Assembly: GCA_963701315.1 (NCBI GenBank)
Contig: OY969603.1
Span: forward strand, 5,911,320 to 5,975,319
DNA length: 64,000 nt
Direction: 5' to 3'
Source: an uncultured Acidobacteriota bacterium
Lineage (GTDB): Bacteria; Acidobacteriota; Vicinamibacteria; Vicinamibacterales; Fen-181
The translations under genes were made by a program, and so were the position numbers. This document shows, piece after piece, positions 58,542 through 64,000 of this stretch. The notes beneath the pieces were generated by a model that searched no databases, had not been told where the DNA came from, and saw only the letters and a program-made list of their open reading frames with translations. Each line of letters begins with the position of its first letter. The stretch's first letter is position 1.

Positions 58542-59505
58542 TTACTTCCCTTGAAAATAGTCAATCACGCGCGCGAGGATCTCGTCCAGCTGCACCTTTG
58601 GCTCGTAGCCGATGAGTTCTCGGAGGCGCGAGATGTCGGGCACGCGCCGCGGCATGTCCTCGAAGCCGGCCTCGTAGGCCTGGTCGTACGGAATGGTTAC
58701 AATCGGCGAGTCGCTGTTGGCGAGCTCTTTCACGCGCTGGGCGAGATCGCGGATCGTGATCTCCTGGCCGTTGCCGATGTTGAACACGCACCCCACCGCG
58801 CGCGGCTCCTGCGCCAGCGTGACGAGCGCCTCCACCACGTCGCCCACGTACGTGAAGCTGCGGGTCTGGGTGCCGTCGCCGTAGACGGTGATCGGCTGCC
58901 CGGCCAGCGCCTGCCGGACGAACGTCGGGATGACCATCCCGGTACTGCCCCGTCTGCCGCGGTCCGACGGTGTTGAAGAGCCGGACGATCACGACGGGGA
59001 GCTTTTTCTCCTTCCAGTACGCCAGCGCCAGGAACTCGTCGATGGCCTTGCTGCACGCGTAGGCCCAGCGGTGTTTCACCGTGGGCCCGAGCACCAGGTC
59101 GGCATCCTCGGTGAATGGCACCGCGGCGTTCTTGCCGTACACCTCGGAGGTGGACGCGATGATGACCAGCTTCTTCTTCTTGTTGGCGTGCGTGAGCACC
59201 ACCTCGGTGCCCTTGACGTTCGTCTCGATCGTGTGGACGGGCCGCTCGACGATGAGCTTGACCCCGACGGCGGCCGCCAGGTGGAAGACGACATCGCTCC
59301 GATCGACGAGCTCGGCGAGGACCGGTTCGTTGGTCACCGAGTCGATCGTGTAGTGGAACTTCGCGTGTTCCTTGAGATGGGCGATGTTGTCGATCGACCC
59401 GGTCGAGAGGTCGTCGAGCACGTAGGGTTCGTGCCCGAGGAGGAGCAGCCGCTCGGCCAGGTGAGACCCGATGAACCCGGCACCGCCGGTGATCAACGCG
59501 CGCAT
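58542..59505 (-). pseudogene. NAD-dependent epimerase/dehydratase (UDP-glucuronate decarboxylase/dTDP-glucose dehydratase-like SDR), one frameshift as assembled
   Basis: ATG at 59505. MRALITGGAGFIGSHL and the catalytic YACSKAIDE are present. NTVGPRQTGQY is in frame 58561..59760, then GMVIPTFVRQALAGQPITVYGDGTQTRSFTYVGDVV is in frame 58542..58937. Removing one base of ggtactg (58941-58947) restores the family motif GPRQ...YGMVIPTF. Confidence 0.8.
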
Positions 59506-59560
59506 GTGGCAGTCCTTGCAAGTGAGTGACGAGCGCCGGCGTGCGCCCCCAGTTCCGGTC

Positions 59561-61408
59561 CTAGCCGGACGCGAGTGCGAGGATGGCGTCGGCGGCCTTC
59601 GCGGCTGCACGGCCGTCGGCGCCGATCCGGTAGCGCTCCCGGAACGCCGTCCGCCCGCGCGCCAGCCTCGCCCGGAACGCCTCATCATACAGGACGGCAC
59701 GCAGCATCGGACCGATTTCCGCGTGCCGGACGGCTCCGGCCATCGCGCCGGCGTCGACAAAGGGCGTCAGGTTGTTCGGTAGCGAGACGACCAGTGCGGG
59801 CACGTCGATGACCATGGCCTCGATGGCCGCCGTGGAATTGACCGTGACGACCAGGCTGGCGGCGGCGACGAGCCGGGCGAGATCGGCGGAGGGAGGAGCC
59901 ACGTGCACATTGGCCACGCCTGCCGCGGCGTGCCGATAGGGTTCGCCGCTCTCGGCCGGGTGGCACTTGATGACCAGGTGCACGTCGGGCATCTGGGCGA
60001 CGGCCTGGATCAGCGGGGGGAAGGCCTGGGCGATCTGGGTGTATTTCGTGGCGACGATGACGAGGTGGCGGGCGTTGGCCCCGCCAACCGAGCGACGGAC
60101 CTCCGCGCGCGCCTCCTCGCTCATCGACCGCGCCGTCTCCCCGAAGGCGTCGAGCCGGGGGCTGCCCGTGACCTCCACGGCCCCGGGCGGGAAGTGCCCC
60201 GCGTCGACCAGGTGGCGGGCGGCGAACTCGTCGAACACCAGCGTGCGATCCGGCACTGGGAACCCACGGTCGGCGGCGTTGGCGTCGGATGGCCGCATCT
60301 CGTCCAGCTCGTGGAGGTAGTTGAGCCAGTGCCGGTAGATGAACCCGTGCTGCAACCCGACGAGTGGGATGGCGCGTCGGCGCGCCTCGAGGGCGAGCGC
60401 CCGGCCCCACCCTCCGGCTTCGGCGTAGGTCATAACGGCGCGCGGCCGCAGGACGTCGAGCGCCGCTCCGGCCTCGTCCATCGCCCGGGCCGACCACGGG
60501 AACTGCAGGTGCGCAACGCCCGCGAACTCCACCCGCATCAGGTCCCAGGCGTCGTAGCCCAGGAAGACGCACGCCGCGCGGATCGCCTCGCTCGACAACA
60601 GGGCGCGACTGATCGCGTGGCGGTCCCTCCAGACTGCGCGCGACGGGGCCAGGTCCCGACGCCCCGCGTAGGTCTCCACGGGCGCGAACGGCAGCGCGGC
60701 GGCCTGGGGATCGCGGAACTCCCGCATGCGGTGCCGCCAGGTCCGGGACCGGAAGTTCGTCCGGGGTCCCAGGCCCACGAGGCGGACCGCCTCGGGACCG
60801 ACCCGCCTCGCCAGCTCGCTGAGCACCGGACCGACGTACGATTCCTCGTCGGTCGCCCGCTTCCAGAACGCGGAATGGACGAATGCCGCCACGCGCGGCC
60901 GAGACGGGGCCGGCGGCGGATGGTGGCCCGGCCGGAACCGATCGGCAAGCGCGGCCGCCGAGTGAAGGAGGCCGCGCCAGACGGGATCGCCTCGTTGGTG
61001 CCACCGGGCGAGGACGCCTGGTGCCGCGCCGCGCCAGGCGATCCGGTGGGAGGCGGCGAACCCGCGGGCGACATGCGAGAGGACTGGATCGCCCAGGTCG
61101 GCCGAGATCGCGAGCGGGCGCTCGCGCGCCGCCATCGCGTCGAGCGCCAGCAGGGTCCGGAGGATCTGGACGACGACGCGGCGCTTGTGGAGGTAGAGCT
61201 CCGCGAACCACCAGAGCGAGTCCCCGCGGCAGAGGAAGCGATCGCGAAGGGCGACGCCGTCGACGGGCAGGTGGCGCAAGGCCTTGATCCACCGGTTGGC
61301 GTCGACCTCGGCGCGCTCGGCAAGGGCCGCGTCCAGGTACGCGTCGAGCGACACCGCGCGCTCGCCGTCTCCGGTGTCCACCGTCAAGATGGCGTCCTGC
61401 GCGGTCAT
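59561..61408 (-). CDS. uncharacterised polysaccharide-biosynthesis protein (C-terminal half resembles capsule/teichoic-acid type transferases)
   Basis: ATG at 61408 overlaps the GT9 stop (ATGA at 61405-61408). The C-terminal part, RHLVIVATKY...VHLVIKCHPAE...LVVTVNSTAAIEAMVIDVPALVV, recalls KpsC/KpsS- or TagF-like 'K-x-H-P' enzymes. The assignment is weak. Confidence 0.35.
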   Translation of the reverse strand: MTAQDAILTVDTGDGERAVSLDAYLDAALAERAEVDANRWIKALRHLPVDGVALRDRFLCRGDSLWWFAELYLHKRRVVVQILRTLLALDAMAARERPLAISADLGDPVLSHVARGFAASHRIAWRGAAPGVLARWHQRGDPVWRGLLHSAAALADRFRPGHHPPPAPSRPRVAAFVHSAFWKRATDEESYVGPVLSELARRVGPEAVRLVGLGPRTNFRSRTWRHRMREFRDPQAAALPFAPVETYAGRRDLAPSRAVWRDRHAISRALLSSEAIRAACVFLGYDAWDLMRVEFAGVAHLQFPWSARAMDEAGAALDVLRPRAVMTYAEAGGWGRALALEARRRAIPLVGLQHGFIYRHWLNYLHELDEMRPSDANAADRGFPVPDRTLVFDEFAARHLVDAGHFPPGAVEVTGSPRLDAFGETARSMSEEARAEVRRSVGGANARHLVIVATKYTQIAQAFPPLIQAVAQMPDVHLVIKCHPAESGEPYRHAAAGVANVHVAPPSADLARLVAAASLVVTVNSTAAIEAMVIDVPALVVSLPNNLTPFVDAGAMAGAVRHAEIGPMLRAVLYDEAFRARLARGRTAFRERYRIGADGRAAAKAADAILALASG

Positions 61409-62622
61409 CGGAGCGACTCGGTCAGGGCCCGCCCGCCGCGGGCGAGCAGCGCGACCGCCGCCTCGTACACCGCGTCGGTGTCGACCGAGGCCAGACAGTC
61501 GGGGACGTGGCCGCGGCACCGTGCGGGCGGCCGGCGGATCCGGTTGCACGGGCTGCACGGCAGCGACACGCGGACGACGCGGGCGGCGGAAGACACCGGG
61601 CCCCAGCGCGACGGGTCGGACGGGCCGAAGACGGCGACCATCGGGATGTCGAGCGCAGCGGCCAGGTGCATGGGCCCGGTATCGCCTGTTACGAGGAGGT
61701 CGACCCGCTCGAGCACCGCGGCGAGCGTCACCAGGTCGGCCCGGCCGACGAGGTCAATCACATCGATTCGCGGGCCGAGCGCCTGCCTGACGGTCTCGAC
61801 GGCAGCACGGTCCTGGGCGGTGCCCGTCAGCACGAGGTCCACGCCGTGCGAAGCCGCCAGCCGGACGGCGACCTCGGCGAACCGGCCGAGATCCCACTGC
61901 TTGATCTCGCGGCCGCCGCCGGCGTGAATGGCCACCAGGGGCCGCCCCGACCCATGCGAGGCCAGCAGCGCCTCGGCACGCGCGCGCGCGTCGGCGGGGA
62001 CCGTCAGCCGTGCGGCTGGTGGAGATGTCAAAGGGGCCCCGTCACGCGGCAGGTCGAATGCCCGTTCGACCAGGCGCAGGGCGTTGGCGTGCGTGTGCAG
62101 GCGTGCGTCGAACGGCACGCGGTCGGTCAGCATCGGACCGCCGCCGGCCATGTCGAAGCCGACGCGGCGCCGGGCCCCCGAGAGCCCAATCAGCACGTTG
62201 CTCCGGATGTCGCCCTCGAAGTTGATCGCGAGGTCATAGTGCCTCTCGCGCCAGGACCAGGCTCGCGACACCAGCTGACGCCATGAGCCGGCTGGCGCCT
62301 CGCGGGCGAGCCAGTTGGCGTTGAGCGTCTCCACGCGAGTGGACGCCGGGATGAGCTTCGCCAATCCCTCGTTCCAGCTGCCGACCACGAGATCGATCTG
62401 CGCCGACCTCGCGCACGACCGAACCGCGACCAGCGCGTCGAGGGTCATCAGCAGGTCTCCAACTCTCTCCAGGCGCAGCAGCAGGATCCGGAGCGGTTCT
62501 CCGTCGCGGTCGCGTCGTGGCCGCGGTCCGCGGAGGACCGGCGCGACCGCGGCGAGGCCGAGGTCGGCCACGCCGACCAGCCAGCGCTCGCGCGGATCGG
62601 AGAGCTGCAGATGTGGGAACAC
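61405..62622 (-). CDS. glycosyltransferase family 9 (heptosyltransferase-like)
   Basis: 405 aa with ILLLRLERVGDLLMTLDAL near the N-terminus and the C-terminal motif LLVTGDTGPMHLAAALDIPMVAVFGPSDP. Confidence 0.8.
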   Translation of the reverse strand: MFPHLQLSDPRERWLVGVADLGLAAVAPVLRGPRPRRDRDGEPLRILLLRLERVGDLLMTLDALVAVRSCARSAQIDLVVGSWNEGLAKLIPASTRVETLNANWLAREAPAGSWRQLVSRAWSWRERHYDLAINFEGDIRSNVLIGLSGARRRVGFDMAGGGPMLTDRVPFDARLHTHANALRLVERAFDLPRDGAPLTSPPAARLTVPADARARAEALLASHGSGRPLVAIHAGGGREIKQWDLGRFAEVAVRLAASHGVDLVLTGTAQDRAAVETVRQALGPRIDVIDLVGRADLVTLAAVLERVDLLVTGDTGPMHLAAALDIPMVAVFGPSDPSRWGPVSSAARVVRVSLPCSPCNRIRRPPARCRGHVPDCLASVDTDAVYEAAVALLARGGRALTESLR

Positions 62623-62635
62623 CGCCGACTCCCGC

Positions 62636-64000
62636 CTATCTTACTTCGACCCGGTCCACCATCACGCCCAGCTGCCGGCCGTCGTTGACGCCGAGGGCGT
62701 CCCTGGGGATCCAGGTGGACGAGACGATCCGAAGGAGGGCCGGCTCGTCGCGGCCAGCGGCGGCGGCCGCCACGTCGGGAGGGATCGAGAACGCGTACGG
62801 GTGAAAGCCGTCCTTCACGACGACCGCGCCCAGGGGTCGGTCGTCGAGCGTGAGCGAGACCGTGGCCGCTCCCGCCGACGCCGGCCGCCCCCCGTCACCC
62901 ATCCACAACGTGAGCGTGCGCGCCGCCCGGTCCATCGCCGGAATCGACAGGTAGGACACGCCGCCCGTCCACCGGAACGTCAGGTCGCCGAGGTGCTCCT
63001 TCGCGTTGAACCGCACGACGTACAGGTCGTCGTAGCTGCCGATGTCGAGCGAGAAGGGTGCGGGGTGCGCCGGCGGAATCGACGAACCGGTAGACGCTGA
63101 AGTCGAACTCCTTCCACCGGGCGCCTGTCGGATAGGCGTTCCGCACCGACTGGTACTCGGGCACCTGGAACCGTTCGGTGGCGACCGGTGCCACGGCCAC
63201 GGACCGCAAAGCCAGGTCGGTCCCGCCGCTGCCGACGAAGTAGACGTTCCGGTAATGTGTCCGCGCCCAGAGCAGGAAGTGGCTGAACGCGGGCCGGTTC
63301 GGGCGCGGCGAGTTGAGCACCAGCACGTTGCGGGCGTAGACGTAGGCGAGCGGCAGGGCGGCCACGTGGAGATCGGAGCGGGACCCCCGGCTCTCGACGA
63401 GCACCAGGTCGTCGTCGCCGAACCGCTTGGCCAGTTGCTCGAGCTGCGGAATCAGCCCTTGGTATTCGACGTGGTGCCAGACCGGCTCGCTGGCGCGCAC
63501 GAGCAGCCAGCCGACCGCGACGACGAAGGCCACGGGTGCCGCCAGCTGCGCCGCGCGCGCCAGCCTGCTCAGGCCGCCGCCCCGAGGCCGGGTCTCGCCG
63601 TCGGCGTCTCGGCGCCACCAGATGGCCGGGAACGCCCCGGCCGCGAGGAGCACGAACGCCGAGGGCAGGATGACGGGCAGGAAGCGTCGCGTCATCCAGA
63701 AATGTTCCGGGTACAATCTGAATCTTGTAGAACACGAAGAAGCCGTACACGGCGGTGCCGAGCAGGAACAGCGGATCGCGCCAGAAGCGTTTCCAGCAGA
63801 GGAGCACGAAGCCGGCGACGGCCACGACGAGACCCGCCCACGGGAAATACCAGGTGAAGGTGCGCAGGGAGTAGGCGTCGTGCGGGGCCAGCGGGCCGCC
63901 CGGCTTTCTGAAGAATGCCGCGTACACGACTGCGACCACCACCGCGGCGGCAATGACGAGCGGGGCCCGCGCCACCGCGCGCGCGGCGAGCCGAGTGCGG
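62636..64000 (-). pseudogene. C-terminal part of a polytopic GT-C-like membrane protein (5' end beyond window), at least two frameshifts as assembled
   Basis: Frames 62980..63975 (LVIAAAVVVAVVYAAFF...GTAVYGFFVFYKIQI), 62895..63953 (YPEHFWMTRRFLPVILPSAFVLL...KEFDFSVYRFVD) and 62636..63016 (PAPFSLDIGSYDDLYVVRFNAKEHLGDLTFRW...) form one colinear product. The shifts lie at gtac/gaatc 63711-63724 and at gaatc 63076-63080. The frame is still open at base 64000. Confidence 0.5.

Noticed and set aside
1-64000. Window-wide look for CRISPR arrays, rRNA/tRNA genes, transposases, integrases, phage genes and toxin-antitoxin or restriction-modification systems.
   Set aside because: No regularly spaced direct repeats and no recognisable RNA genes or mobility, phage or defence protein signatures were seen in any frame. 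Being sequence reading without tools, this cannot exclude small or divergent elements.

Overview
GC-rich bacterial chromosomal segment. All family calls below come from reading the translations by eye; no searches were run. Two FtsX/MacB permeases of the 'acidobacterial duplicated orphan permease' type suggest Acidobacteriota (inference). (1) 1-8.3 kb: the end of the complex I operon (nuoL-M-N) runs directly into a partial F0 ATP-synthase operon (atpZ-like, atpI-like, atpB, atpE), followed by an EamA transporter. (2) 8.3-28 kb: mixed genes. These include a small Tat-signal protein with a decayed partial duplicate, two orphan ADOP permeases, a membrane-fused spermidine-synthase-like protein, and a nucleotidyltransferase/PqqD/HprK-like kinase cassette (14982-17301). 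Also present are a C_GCAxxG_C_C protein coupled to a Tat-exported NHL-like propeller, a fused E1 alpha/beta 2-oxoacid dehydrogenase, a cupin, a rhomboid protease, murJ and yqeY. (3) 28-64 kb: a ~36 kb glycoconjugate-assembly island. It holds seven polytopic GT-C-like membrane proteins, two polyprenyl-phosphate-sugar-synthase-like GT2s, GT4, GT9, a Wzx-type flippase, two SAM methyltransferases, a GNAT and a deacetylase. It also holds an SDR epimerase/dehydratase, three radical SAM enzymes (one B12-binding, two SPASM), two paralogous anchored Pro-rich proteins with a secretin/TonB-N-terminal (STN)-like domain, and a ~1850-aa secreted repeat protein. I recognised no rRNA, tRNA, CRISPR array, transposase or integrase. 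At least 14 single-base frameshifts interrupt otherwise conserved genes. Almost all sit at GA(A/T)TC, GTAC or CCWGG contexts, so they look more like systematic assembly errors than real gene decay. Affected genes are listed as pseudogene because that is what the sequence literally shows.
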